A stretch of DNA of 64,000 nucleotides. Source: an uncultured Phycisphaerales bacterium (GTDB taxonomy: Bacteria; Planctomycetota; Phycisphaerae; Phycisphaerales; SM1A02). The translations under genes and the position numbers were made by a program. Under the pieces are notes generated by a model, which was given only the letters and a program-made list of their open reading frames with translations, did not search any database and was not told where the DNA came from. The stretch is from the NCBI GenBank assembly GCA_938084645.1, contig CALKEP010000027.1, positions 1 through 64,000 of the forward strand. Reading direction: 5' to 3'. Shown here one piece after another: positions 1 through 12,616 of the stretch (position 1 is the stretch's first letter; each line of letters begins with the position of its first letter).

Positions 1-1140
1 GTCCCGAATGGCGGCGACCGGCCCTCGACGCCAGCAGATGGAACGGTCCGGTGCAGGGGGTGACGCCCCGATCCAGGGCGACAGGTCGATGCCGTCCAGG
101 CCTGCTCCATCCGCTCCGGTGGCGGCGATCGCGGTGGCGACGAGGTCCAGCGACGTGGTCGGATGATCGATCGATCCGGGAGGGGTGGTCTCCGTTCGAC
201 GCAGGAACGCGGGAACCCGGATCCCACCTTCGAAGAGTGAACCCTTCATCCCCCTCCAGGGGCCGTTGTCGGACGCGTTGTTGGTCGCCCCGCCGTTGTC
301 GTTGACGAAGATGAGCATCGTGTCTCGACCGGTCTCGTCGATCGCGTCCGCGATCCGGCCGACGCCGCGATCGAGGGCCCGCATCATCGCGGCGTACGTT
401 CGTCGCTTGCCTTGAAGCCGCTCGTCGATGGCGTCGAGATCGTCGGGGCGTGCGTGCATGGGGCCGTGGGGTGCCGTGTAGGCGACGACGAGAAACGATG
501 GACGGTCCGCATGTCGTCGGATGAAATCGACGGCATCATCCGTCATGGTGTCGGTCAGGTACTCGATGTCCGCCTCGGGCCTCACGGACGAGTCGTCGAT
601 CGTGACGTGCTCGTAGCGTCGATCGCCCTTCGCCAGACGATCGTCGCCGAAGTACGACCGGCTCCCCGCCCGCAGGCCGTGGAATTCGTCGAAGCCCCGG
701 CGGGTCGGATGAAATCGATCCGCCAGTCCGAGGTGCCACTTGCCGACCAGCCCCGTCGCGAGTCCGGCGTCGTCGAGACGGTCCGCGATCGTGACTTCGT
801 CGAGTGGCAGCCCGCCCTCGGCGCGAGGGGCGGTTCCGGGCAGGTTGTACTCGTGGCCGAACCGCTGCTGGTGCCGACCGGTGAGCAGGCCGGCCCGCGA
901 AGGGCTGCACACCGAGCCCGTCACGTAGCACGCGCCGAAGGTCACCCCCTCGGCGGCGAGCCGATCCATTTCGGGGGTCGCGATCTCGGTTCCACCGTTG
1001 AATCCGAAGTCGATCCAGCCGGCGTCGTCGGCGATGACCAGGACGACCGACGGCTGTTCCGTTCGCGGGCCGTCGTGGGATGGCCCGGGGGCGCCGAGTG
1101 GAACGGACAAGCCCGAGAGAATCGCGATGAGTTGGATCAC
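1..1140 (-). CDS. Sulfatase (FGly-dependent, S1 family), 3' end outside window
   Basis: Manual minus-strand translation from GTG at 1140: signal peptide, VVLVIADDAG, CSPSRAGLLTGR (C-x-P-x-R motif), GKWHLG. Absent from the ORF track because it runs off the edge. Confidence 0.9.
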   Translation of the reverse strand, partial: MIQLIAILSGLSVPLGAPGPSHDGPRTEQPSVVLVIADDAGWIDFGFNGGTEIATPEMDRLAAEGVTFGACYVTGSVCSPSRAGLLTGRHQQRFGHEYNLPGTAPRAEGGLPLDEVTIADRLDDAGLATGLVGKWHLGLADRFHPTRRGFDEFHGLRAGSRSYFGDDRLAKGDRRYEHVTIDDSSVRPEADIEYLTDTMTDDAVDFIRRHADRPSFLVVAYTAPHGPMHARPDDLDAIDERLQGKRRTYAAMMRALDRGVGRIADAIDETGRDTMLIFVNDNGGATNNASDNGPWRGMKGSLFEGGIRVPAFLRRTETTPPGSIDHPTTSLDLVATAIAATGADGAGLDGIDLSPWIGASPPAPDRSICWRRGPVAAIRD

Positions 1141-1245
1141 GTCGCGAGTCTATGCGAGTCGTCGCGCGACCGAGGGGTGACCGGGGGGCGCCAAGCTGGA
1201 GGACCTCACCGGGCCGCCGTCGCGCCGTCGTGGATTTCGAGGGCG

Positions 1246-3783
<2,538 letters not shown>

Positions 3784-3792
3784 CGACGTAGT

Positions 3793-4593
3793 CTAGTGGG
3801 CGTCGCACTTGAATTCGTCGATTCCACCGATTCCGACGATCCCCGAGAGGTGCCGCCCCGTCATCCCGGAGGTCGCTCGGTGGCTGAAGAATCGGTCATC
3901 GGAGGCGGTGCAGAGGGGTTCACCATCGATTCGCTCCGGTCTCAGGCCGGCCGAGCGCAATCGGACGACCGCGGCCTGGAAGAGATCGGCATGCGATCTT
4001 TCCGGACCCCGGCGGACGCAGGTGCCGAGTCCGGCGGTCTCGAATGCGGTCACCACGTCGGTCCCGATCTCGAAGGCATCGATCCCGATCGCAGGACCGA
4101 TCGCCGCGATCAGGTCCTTCGGCTCGGCCCCCCGGTCACGGAGCGCGTCGATCGTCGCACCCGGTACGTCGGCGACGATGCCGCGCCAGCCGGCGTGCAC
4201 GGCCGCTGCAAGACCGGTTCTGGGGCAGCCGAGCAGGATGGGCACGCAATCCGCGGTTCGAACCGCGGCGATCGTCTCGGAGTCCTCCACGATGATCGCG
4301 TCGGCTTCGGTCTCCGGGGTGGTTGGTGCGATCACGACGTTCGCGGCATGGACCTGGGTCACGGTCGTGACCGCCAGCCCCTCGCCGAATGCGGCTGCGA
4401 AGCGTCGCAGGGATGCGGCGGTCGTCGCGGCATCGGTCCGGAGGTGACTCGAGCCGGCTGCGGCGAGATCGAACAACCGATCATCCGGCCCGATCGCGGT
4501 GGAGAACCCATTTTGAAACCCTGCCGCCAGAAGCCGGTTCGATCGAAGTATCAGCAATCGGTCCGAGGCTCTGTCCTCGAGCAGCGGGTTCAT
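3793..4593 (-). CDS. pgeF: YfiH/PgeF family (laccase-domain / purine nucleoside phosphorylase-like) protein
   Basis: QVH, ADAI, RTADCVPILL, VHAGWRG, IGPAIG, CT...FFSHR motifs. Confidence 0.9.
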   Translation of the reverse strand: MNPLLEDRASDRLLILRSNRLLAAGFQNGFSTAIGPDDRLFDLAAAGSSHLRTDAATTAASLRRFAAAFGEGLAVTTVTQVHAANVVIAPTTPETEADAIIVEDSETIAAVRTADCVPILLGCPRTGLAAAVHAGWRGIVADVPGATIDALRDRGAEPKDLIAAIGPAIGIDAFEIGTDVVTAFETAGLGTCVRRGPERSHADLFQAAVVRLRSAGLRPERIDGEPLCTASDDRFFSHRATSGMTGRHLSGIVGIGGIDEFKCDAH

Positions 4594-4650
4594 GGCGTTT
4601 CATCCTGTTCAGTACGAAATCGGCGACCTCGCTCCCTTAGGATATCCACC

Positions 4651-5811
4651 ATGCACGCATCGCCTCTCATCATCGTGATCGCCCTGCTTTCCGGGATCGC
4701 ATCGGCGACACCCCCGGTCACCCTGGTTCCGGTTCCCATCGGCAACCCCGAATTCGAATCGCACCGAGGTGAATGGAACTTCTCGAAGGAGTCCGGTGGT
4801 CGGTACTGGTCGACGGCCGAGCATGGGCTCTCGGCGGGGGAGGAATGGTACGAAGGGGAGGTCGCGTTCCTTCCGTCGAAGACCGGCGCGAGCGCCTCGA
4901 TGTTGATTCCCGATTCCACGCTTGCAGCGGGCGGCGCCCATCGGATCGCCTTCTCGCTCGCCCGATGGGGACCGGATCGATCCCGCGTCTCGGTGTCGAT
5001 CGAGAACGCCGACGGACGAACCCTCGCCGAAGCCCCGCCCATCGAGGCGGGGCGCTGGAAGCGCTGCTTCGTGGATCTCGACGTGCCGGTCGCGTCGAAG
5101 GCGGGCGATGAACCTCGTCTCGTGTTCCGAAGCATCGGGGACGAAGACGGTGGATCCGAGACGGCGATCCTGCTCGACAAGGTCTCGATCGCCCGCCTCG
5201 GCCACGACGATCCCGCGTTCAAGCCGATCTTCAACGGTCGAAATCTCGATGGCTGGGTGGGAAACACCGAGGGCTACGGCGTCGAGGACGGGGCGATTCG
5301 AACGTATCCCAAACGGGCCGGGGGTGATCTTCGGACCGTCGAGCAGTACGACGACTTCATTCTTCGTTTCGACTTCAAGATTCCGCCTGGTGCGAACAAC
5401 GGCATCGCGGTTCGAGCCCCGCTCACCGGCGACGCGGCCTACGTGGGCATGGAGATCCAGGTGCTCGACAACGCCGCGCCGGGATACGCGGGCCTCAAGA
5501 ACTGGCAGCGTCATGGTTCCATCTACGGCATCGCACCGAGCCTGCGGGGCTATCAGGTCCCGACCGGCTCATGGAATCACGAGGAGATCCGGGTCGAGGG
5601 TCGTCGGGTCCGGGTCACGTTGAACGGGGTGGTGATCACCGACGTCGATCTCGACGAGGCGGTCGCGAACGGGACGCTCAGCGGGGCGGATCATCCGGGG
5701 CTGGATCGGCGATCCGGACACCTCGGATTCTGTGGCCACGGGGCCGTCGTTCACTACAAGGATCTCCGGGTCAAGCGGATTTCAGGTGCCGATCGACCGG
5801 TCGAACGCTAG
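4651..5811 (+). CDS. Secreted protein with N-terminal CBM-like domain and C-terminal DUF1080 (3-keto-disaccharide hydrolase-like) domain
   Basis: ATG at 4651 with signal peptide; FNGRNLDGW, ANNGI, MEIQVLD, WNHEEI, GHLGFCGHG motifs. Confidence 0.85.
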   Translation: MHASPLIIVIALLSGIASATPPVTLVPVPIGNPEFESHRGEWNFSKESGGRYWSTAEHGLSAGEEWYEGEVAFLPSKTGASASMLIPDSTLAAGGAHRIAFSLARWGPDRSRVSVSIENADGRTLAEAPPIEAGRWKRCFVDLDVPVASKAGDEPRLVFRSIGDEDGGSETAILLDKVSIARLGHDDPAFKPIFNGRNLDGWVGNTEGYGVEDGAIRTYPKRAGGDLRTVEQYDDFILRFDFKIPPGANNGIAVRAPLTGDAAYVGMEIQVLDNAAPGYAGLKNWQRHGSIYGIAPSLRGYQVPTGSWNHEEIRVEGRRVRVTLNGVVITDVDLDEAVANGTLSGADHPGLDRRSGHLGFCGHGAVVHYKDLRVKRISGADRPVER

Positions 5812-5910
5812 CATTCAGGGTGACCCGGCGATCCGGCCGGTCACTCGGTTCGTACACCCCAGAGACATGAAATCACCGAGGCTCGACGCCACGGTCAGGA
5901 GAAGCCCGTC

Positions 5911-7263
5911 ATGACGGATCACCTTTCAGCGAACTTCGGACGCCGAAGCTTCATCAAGTCAGCGGCCGCCTCCGGCATCGTGCTCGCAGGCTGGCGTCCG
6001 ACGCTCGGTCGCGGCGGCGTCCTCCAGAAGACGAACGTCGCGTCGGTCGGAGTCGGCGGCATGGGCGCGAGCGACCTCGGTCAGATCGCCGCCCATCCGG
6101 AAGTGGCGATCGTCGCCCTTTGCGACGTCGATCGAGGAAATCTCGGCTCGGCGTCGGCGAAGCACCCCGACGCGAAGACCTTCGTCGACTACCGGGAGAT
6201 GTTCGACACCATGGGTGACCGGATCGATGCGGTCTCCGTGACGACGCCGGACCACATGCACGCGATCATCGCGATGACCGCGATGAACGCCGGCAAGCAC
6301 GTCTACTGTCAGAAGCCGCTGGCCCATTCGGTCCACGAGTGCCGCGCGCTCCGTGAGAAGGCGATCGCGAATCCGAACCTGGCGACGCAGATGGGTACCC
6401 AGAACGCGTCCCGCGTCATGAAGCAGCGATGCATGCAGGGGGTTCGCGATGGGATCTGCGGACGCATCAAGGAAATCCACGCATGGAGCGACCGGCCCAA
6501 CGGCTGGTGGCCCCAGGGCAATCCCCGGGGTGCGGGCAGCGACCCGGTTCCGGAGAACCTCGAGTGGGATCTGTGGCTCGGCGTGGCCCCGGAACGACCG
6601 TATCTCGGCAAGGCCTATCACCCGTTCGCCTGGCGAGGTGTTCGCGACTTCGGTTGCGGGGCGCTCGGCGACATGGCCTGTCACATCGTCGACGCGGCGT
6701 TCCAGCCGCTCGATCTCGGTGACCCCAGGACCGTGATCTGCGAGGCGACCGACTCCACCGACGACCAGTATCCATCCACGGAGATCGTGAAGATGGTGTT
6801 CGCTGGCAACGAGCAGTCCGGCGGCGAGGACATTCCCTTCACCTGGTATGACGGGAAGGTCCTTCCCCAGCCGTCCCAGCTCGGACTGCCCGCCGATTTC
6901 GAACTGCCGCAGAACAACGTGGTGATCGTTGGCGACAAGGCGACCCTCATGGTCCCGCAGGGCGGCGACGGGTATCGATATTTCCGCAAGGGCGTCGAGC
7001 GGAACATGGAGATGCCGCAGGCCCCCGGCGGCAACCACTGGCATCTCTGGGTGGATCACGCCCGCGGCGGCGCCGCGAGCCTGACGCCGTTGAACTACGC
7101 CGGCAAGGTCTCCGAGACCCTGGCCATCGGTGCCCTTGCAAGCCGCAAGCCCAACCAGCTGATGGAATGGGACGCCAAGGGAATGCAGTTCGTCGGCCAG
7201 CCCGAACTGAACAAGTACGTCACCCGGAAGTACCGGGACGGGTGGAAGGTCGCCGGACTTTGA
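5911..7263 (+). CDS. Gfo/Idh/MocA oxidoreductase, Tat-exported
   Basis: GRRSFIK Tat motif, GVGGMG, TPDHMH, HVYCQKP, GALGDMACH. Confidence 0.92.
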   Translation: MTDHLSANFGRRSFIKSAAASGIVLAGWRPTLGRGGVLQKTNVASVGVGGMGASDLGQIAAHPEVAIVALCDVDRGNLGSASAKHPDAKTFVDYREMFDTMGDRIDAVSVTTPDHMHAIIAMTAMNAGKHVYCQKPLAHSVHECRALREKAIANPNLATQMGTQNASRVMKQRCMQGVRDGICGRIKEIHAWSDRPNGWWPQGNPRGAGSDPVPENLEWDLWLGVAPERPYLGKAYHPFAWRGVRDFGCGALGDMACHIVDAAFQPLDLGDPRTVICEATDSTDDQYPSTEIVKMVFAGNEQSGGEDIPFTWYDGKVLPQPSQLGLPADFELPQNNVVIVGDKATLMVPQGGDGYRYFRKGVERNMEMPQAPGGNHWHLWVDHARGGAASLTPLNYAGKVSETLAIGALASRKPNQLMEWDAKGMQFVGQPELNKYVTRKYRDGWKVAGL

Positions 7264-7289
7264 ATCGGCGATGAGATCGAGCTTGCACG

Positions 7290-7322
7290 AGCAGGGCCGC
7301 TCCTTCACGGAGCGGCCCTGCT
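7290..7322. terminator. Stem-loop between convergent genes
   Basis: AGCAGGGCCGCTCC-TTCAC-GGAGCGGCCCTGCT, perfect 14-bp stem. Confidence 0.7.
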
Positions 7323-7379
7323 TCATGGATCCCCATCAGCGGTGGCGGAGGTCGTCTTCGGCCCCGAGCCGACCGCCGA

Positions 7380-8831
7380 TCAGAAGGTCGTCGTCAATCT
7401 GATTCCGAAGACGTAGACGGGTCGATCGGGCCCCGTCGCCGGTCGCAGGAGCACCTGGAGGTCGGGGGAGAGCTGCATGCTGTCCGTCAGCTGGATGCGA
7501 TAGTACGCCTCCACCAGCTGGATCTCGCGACGCGGCTCGGCGTAGAGATCGGTGGGGCGTGACCAGCTGTAGCCGATTCCGATCGCCTCATCGCGTTTGC
7601 CGAAGGGGCGGCTCCACTGGAGGGCGGCGTTGAACTGGCGATCGATCGCCGACATGGCGTTGGTGCTCGAACCGTACTGCAGGAGCACGTCGAGATCGGA
7701 CGCGACGCCTTGCTCGATCATCGCGCCCCAGCCCCATTGCCTTGAGGAATCGGAGGATGGCGCGACCTGCAGGCCGCCGAGCAGGGTGTTGCCGAATCCG
7801 GCGCCGTTGGACGTTCCCGATTCCGTCGCGCCCAGCAGGGCGGTCGACAACGCCTGATTGGTGCCGGCGAACACCAGGTTCCAGTTCCCGTCGACTTCGG
7901 TTCCATCGAGTCCCTCGAGCACCGGGACGAGTCCGACCTGCATCGCGGCCCACCAGCCACCGTCGCCGATGGTTCCGAGGCCCCGGTCGGGGCCGCCGTT
8001 CGGATCGGCCCACACCGTGTTCACGTAGATGCCGTCGGTGGGCACGACCTGAAGGGCGGCGCCACCGGTGTAGGTTCCAAGACTGGAACCAAGCGTGTTC
8101 AGGCCATCGAAGGGGCCGGCCAGGAACTGGCGACTCTCGTCGTTCGCGATCCGGCTCAACTGGATGAACTGATTCGGGTGGATCTTCCCGACGGAGGCGG
8201 TCACGCGTTCCTCGCACCAGGACTGGTGCCAGTAGAGGAGATCCGGGGAGGTGGGATACGTCCACTGGAGGGCGTTGAGGTTGACCGGCGCCGCACCGAC
8301 CGCCGCGCCCATGGTGTACGAGTCGGGTTGGCCGAGCTCGACGCCGCTTCGAAGGAGGAACCCCACGCCGCCACGACCGACCGTGTCGTCGTCGAAGAGC
8401 ACCCAGTTGAAGCCCAGATCCAGTCGCCCCGTCCCGGCATCGCGTGGTTCGTCATCGACACTGCGGCTGGCATGCTGATAGAGCAGGGTGTAGTGGATGT
8501 TCCACTCGAGTCCGAGTTCGTCACGCGTCCAATCGGCGAGGTTCCGGAGGGGGCGGACGATCGGCTCCAGCGGATCCGGGAACATCGGATCGAGCGGCTC
8601 CGACCGGGGTGCGCCGGGATCGGGTGAAGACCCGGAATCCCGGAAGGGGAGGAGCGGGTCGGAACCGCCGTCCGGATCGGCATCCGCCGCAAATCGCGTC
8701 CGCTCCACATCGGCAAGCCGTGGCGTCCCGGGAGCGGCCTTCTCGTCGTTCGCCGCGAGACCGGTCGACGCGAGGGCGAGCGTGGCGAGGAGGCCGACGT
8801 GCATGATGCGGTTCATGCGTCTATCTTTCAT
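7380..8831 (-). CDS. Carbohydrate-selective porin (OprB-like)
   Basis: Signal peptide, beta-strand pattern, EAYYRIQLTDSMQLSPDLQ motif, C-terminal Phe. Confidence 0.8.
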   Translation of the reverse strand: MKDRRMNRIMHVGLLATLALASTGLAANDEKAAPGTPRLADVERTRFAADADPDGGSDPLLPFRDSGSSPDPGAPRSEPLDPMFPDPLEPIVRPLRNLADWTRDELGLEWNIHYTLLYQHASRSVDDEPRDAGTGRLDLGFNWVLFDDDTVGRGGVGFLLRSGVELGQPDSYTMGAAVGAAPVNLNALQWTYPTSPDLLYWHQSWCEERVTASVGKIHPNQFIQLSRIANDESRQFLAGPFDGLNTLGSSLGTYTGGAALQVVPTDGIYVNTVWADPNGGPDRGLGTIGDGGWWAAMQVGLVPVLEGLDGTEVDGNWNLVFAGTNQALSTALLGATESGTSNGAGFGNTLLGGLQVAPSSDSSRQWGWGAMIEQGVASDLDVLLQYGSSTNAMSAIDRQFNAALQWSRPFGKRDEAIGIGYSWSRPTDLYAEPRREIQLVEAYYRIQLTDSMQLSPDLQVLLRPATGPDRPVYVFGIRLTTTF

Positions 8832-8902
8832 CGCGACGCGCCGTCACGCAACCGGCCGGTATCCGGAATGCGGTGGATGGCCCAGAACACGGGGAATCTC
8901 GA

Positions 8903-9562
8903 ATGTCGACATCACACGTCCCGAATCGCCGGTCGATGCTCCCGCTGTTCGCGGGGATGGTCTTCGGCCTCTCAAGCTGCGGGCCGGACAACATCGCCTA
9001 CCAGAGTCTTCAGGATGCCCGGGTCATCGACGGTTTCAGGCTGGACGGGCGGGTCGACGATGCGACGTTCGCCGATGCCGTCGGGGTCGTGGTGATGGAG
9101 ATCGGCGGCGGTGGACTCGGCATCGGAATGTACGGCGGCCATGGCGTCGCGATCCGCCGGCTCGCCGACGGTTGGTCGGCGCCACTCCCGCTCGACTACA
9201 TCTCGGGGAGCATCGGGCTCCAGATCGGCGGTACCTCCACCGAGATCATTCTCGTGTTCAGGTCGGATTCGGCATTCAACGACTTCGTGTTCGAAGGAAC
9301 CCGCTTCCTCGCGACCGCGTCCGGTACGGCGATCAGCGCGTCCGGAGGCGTCGGCGACCCACTCGATGGCGAGGAGACCCTCGTCATCGATCGGAGTTCG
9401 GGGCTGTACGGCGGTGCGGTGATCGGCGGGCTCGGCGTGAGCATCGATGAGAAACTGATGCGATCGTCCTACGGCGCCGAGGTCCTTCCCCTCGACGTCC
9501 TTTCGGGCCAGGTGGATCCACCCGCTGGCGCAACGTCGCTCTGGCGAAGTCTCGACGGTTGA
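8903..9562 (+). CDS. Ysc84/SYLF lipid-binding domain lipoprotein
   Basis: Lipobox LSSC; GGHGVA...WSAP, GSIGLQIGG, GLYGGA motifs. Confidence 0.8.
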   Translation: MSTSHVPNRRSMLPLFAGMVFGLSSCGPDNIAYQSLQDARVIDGFRLDGRVDDATFADAVGVVVMEIGGGGLGIGMYGGHGVAIRRLADGWSAPLPLDYISGSIGLQIGGTSTEIILVFRSDSAFNDFVFEGTRFLATASGTAISASGGVGDPLDGEETLVIDRSSGLYGGAVIGGLGVSIDEKLMRSSYGAEVLPLDVLSGQVDPPAGATSLWRSLDG

Positions 9563-9582
9563 CCGCGGCGGGCGCGGTCGGC

Positions 9583-11301
9583 TCAGGCCTCGGTGGGCTC
9601 CACGGGTTCGGCGAGTGACGCATTGGTGTCGCCGGTCATCCTCGAGACGAGCGTCGCGCCGAGAAGCGTTCCTGCAGTGGTCTCCTCGCTGATCACGTGG
9701 TCGGCGCCCGCCTCCCGCATCGCCTCGACGAATCGGGAATAGCGACCTCGGGCCACGATGATCGCATCGGCGTTCAGGGCTCGGAACTGACTGATCGTGG
9801 CCATCGCGATCTGGGGTTCCGGCAGGGTCATCACCAGGGCCGCGGCACGCTCCGCCACCGCGTGGGCGAGGATCTCCTGCTGGGCCGCGTCTCCGTGTTC
9901 CGCGTGATAGCCGGCGGCACGGGCGGCGGCCACCAGCCTCGGATTCATGTCGATCACCAGCGGGATGATCCCCGCGAGGGCGGCGGTGTTGGCCACCTCC
10001 TCGCCGGCCGGTCCGTAGCCCACCACGATGGCGTGGCCGGAGATCTCGTCGCGGGGCGTGGTTTCGGGGGGCGCGATCCGCTTCCAGACGTGGAATCGGA
10101 CCAGCAGGGATTCGATCCCCCTCGAGAGCGGAAACGCCTTTGCGACCAGCAGTGGTGCGGCGAAGAGCGAGACGAGCGAGGCGCCGATCGCGGCCTGGAA
10201 CATCGGCGCGTCGATGATGCCGGACTTCAACGCCTCGGTTCCGATCACGAAGCTGAACTCGCCGAACTGGGCGAGGCAGAGTGCGGAGGCCAGCGCCACC
10301 CGGCGGTGGCTGCCGGTGATCCGGATCGCGAACCAGGCGATCATGGTCTTCAGCACCAGTCCCACGCCCAGGATGGCGAGCATCGACTTGAGGATCTCCG
10401 GCTGGATGAGCTCGCGGACGTTCGCGAGCATTCCCACCGAAGCGAAGAAGAGCGTGAGAAACAGCGCTCGAAGGGCGCCGGTGTCGGCCCGGATCTGACG
10501 GGAGATGGAGACGCGGGCGAGCAGCACGCCCGCCACGAACGCGCCGAGGGCGGGGGACAGCCCGAATGCATGACTCCCCCAGGCGGCGGAAAGGCAGGTG
10601 ATGATCGCGGTGACGATCGCGAAGTCGCGATTTCGCCGGAGGATCATGGAGTCGAAGACGCGCGGGAGGATGAATATCCCCACCACGGAGATGGTGGCGG
10701 TCATCACGAGCAGGTCGATGGCCGCGCTGGCGATCTGGTCACCCACGTCGCCGGCGGTGCTTCCGTCGTCCCCGCCACCGCCGAGCAGGCCGATCAGGAT
10801 GAGCACCGGGACCAGCGCGCCGTCCTGGGTGAGCAGCACCGCGAGCGTCGATCTGCCCCGGTTGGACTCGAGCTCGCCGCGATCGGTGAGCAGTCGCGCC
10901 ACCACCGCCGTCGAACTCAGGGCGACCATGCAGCCGAGGGTCAGGGCCACCCGGAAGTCGAGGCCGAAGAGAAGGGCGACTCCGGCGGCGGCGACGATCG
11001 TGATCGAGACCTGGAGGATGCCCGCGATCGCGCCTCGGAACCCGAACCCGCGCAGTCGCATCGGGGTCATTTCGAGCCCGATCGAGAAGAGGAGAAGCGC
11101 GACGCCGAGCTCCGCGATCAGCGTGAAGTTCGAACTGTCACCCACCACATCGAGCACGCTCGGGCCGAGCAGCACGCCGGCCAGCAGGTAGCCGATGATC
11201 GCACTGATCCCGATGGCCTCCAGCACCACCCCCATCGCGACGGCGGAGCCGACGAGGAGGAGGACTTCTCCGAGAATGTTCCATCCGGAGAATTCGGGCA
11301 T
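9583..11301 (-). CDS. CPA2 cation:proton antiporter (KefB/KefC-like) with TrkA-N domain
   Basis: AELGVALLLFSIGLE, LSSTAVV, QD, GAFVAG, QFGEFSFV, C-terminal VVGYGPAG. Confidence 0.9.
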   Translation of the reverse strand: MPEFSGWNILGEVLLLVGSAVAMGVVLEAIGISAIIGYLLAGVLLGPSVLDVVGDSSNFTLIAELGVALLLFSIGLEMTPMRLRGFGFRGAIAGILQVSITIVAAAGVALLFGLDFRVALTLGCMVALSSTAVVARLLTDRGELESNRGRSTLAVLLTQDGALVPVLILIGLLGGGGDDGSTAGDVGDQIASAAIDLLVMTATISVVGIFILPRVFDSMILRRNRDFAIVTAIITCLSAAWGSHAFGLSPALGAFVAGVLLARVSISRQIRADTGALRALFLTLFFASVGMLANVRELIQPEILKSMLAILGVGLVLKTMIAWFAIRITGSHRRVALASALCLAQFGEFSFVIGTEALKSGIIDAPMFQAAIGASLVSLFAAPLLVAKAFPLSRGIESLLVRFHVWKRIAPPETTPRDEISGHAIVVGYGPAGEEVANTAALAGIIPLVIDMNPRLVAAARAAGYHAEHGDAAQQEILAHAVAERAAALVMTLPEPQIAMATISQFRALNADAIIVARGRYSRFVEAMREAGADHVISEETTAGTLLGATLVSRMTGDTNASLAEPVEPTEA

Positions 11302-11353
11302 GCTGGAAGTCCAACGGGATCAGTGTTCGATCATCGATTCGAACCGGCGTCGA

Positions 11354-11923
11354 TCATTCGACGTCGGCGGGGTAGCAGGAGATCTCCTGGCCACCGATCG
11401 CGGCGGACGCCATGAGTCCACCGTTGGTGGAGACGAAGGCCGCGACGCCGTTCTCGAACTTGGCGTCGAGTGCCGCCCCGGCCTTGACCGCGGAGGCGCT
11501 GACGCCGGCGGTGAAGGAGAACTTGTTGGCGGTGACCATGTTGAAGGCGTCTTCGTCCTTCATGATCACGAGCTCGCTGAAGGTCTCGCCACCGATCTGG
11601 AACCCGATCGAGCCGGCCGCGAGCTTCGCGAGGCCCCAAGGCTGTCCGCCCTTGAAGACCACGCCGTCGCCGCCCTGGCCTCCGAGGATGAGCGCGCCGC
11701 TCGCCACGCTCGGGAAGACGATCACGCCGTAGGCATCGTCGACGAGCGGCTTGAGGGTGCTGTCCTTCTTGACCATGTTTTCGATCTCCTTCTTCGCCTT
11801 GGGCGTCACCTCGTCCATCTTGGTGTTCATTTCGGCCTGGGTGCTCGGAACGGAGCCACAGGAGGCAAGGGCGAGCGGGGTGGCGAGAAGTCCGATGATG
11901 GCGATGGTCGACAGAGTCTTCAT
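11354..11923 (-). CDS. Ysc84/SYLF lipid-binding domain lipoprotein
   Basis: Lipobox LASC; VIVFPSV, GGQGGDGV, GSIGFQIGG, GGLMASAAIGGQ. Confidence 0.85.
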   Translation of the reverse strand: MKTLSTIAIIGLLATPLALASCGSVPSTQAEMNTKMDEVTPKAKKEIENMVKKDSTLKPLVDDAYGVIVFPSVASGALILGGQGGDGVVFKGGQPWGLAKLAAGSIGFQIGGETFSELVIMKDEDAFNMVTANKFSFTAGVSASAVKAGAALDAKFENGVAAFVSTNGGLMASAAIGGQEISCYPADVE

Positions 11924-12052
11924 GGTGGTCCTCATTCTGATGAAAATGGCTGACAAAGGGGGTTAAAGTGTCAGAAAGCGAATAGTGACGAACGGGTGGT
12001 CGATAGTCTCGAAAGCTCGTCGACGACGAGATCGAGAAGAATCGGAGGCTGA

Positions 12053-12616
12053 ATGTACGGACTCATCAACCGAGCGGTCAAGGGGCTGGTCGTCGAGCGG
12101 TTCGGATCGGATGCATGGGACCGCATTCGCATCCGGGCGGGAATCGACGAGGAGGACTTCATCTCGATGGAGAGCTACGACGATTCCGTCACCTACGACC
12201 TCGTCGCGGCGGCGACCGAGGAGCTCGGCCTCGAGGCATCCACCATTCTCGAGGCATTCGGCGGTTACTGGGTCGAATACACCGCGGTCGAGGGTTACGG
12301 CGAGTTGCTGAACTCGGTCGGGGACACGCTCCCCGAGTTCCTCGCCAATCTCGATCAGATGCACGCGCGGGTGAAGATGGCCTTCCCGGATCTCAAGCCG
12401 CCCCGATTTCGAGTCTCCGACGAATCGGAGGAGGGGCTCATGCTGCATTACTTCAGTCATCGCCCGGGACTGGCGCCACTGGTGGTCGGTCTGGTGAAGG
12501 GACTGGCCGATCGCTTCGATCGTCCCGTCGAAGTGGTCTCGATGCGTGTGGGTGAGGGCGACGACGAACATGACGCGTTCCGGGTCTCCTATCTCCCCGA
12601 AGGTTCTTCGCATTGA
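12053..12616 (+). CDS. H-NOX (heme NO-binding, HNOB) protein
   Basis: MYGLIN start, NLDQMH proximal His, PPRF, YFSHR (Y-x-S-x-R) heme motif. Confidence 0.93.
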   Translation: MYGLINRAVKGLVVERFGSDAWDRIRIRAGIDEEDFISMESYDDSVTYDLVAAATEELGLEASTILEAFGGYWVEYTAVEGYGELLNSVGDTLPEFLANLDQMHARVKMAFPDLKPPRFRVSDESEEGLMLHYFSHRPGLAPLVVGLVKGLADRFDRPVEVVSMRVGEGDDEHDAFRVSYLPEGSSH

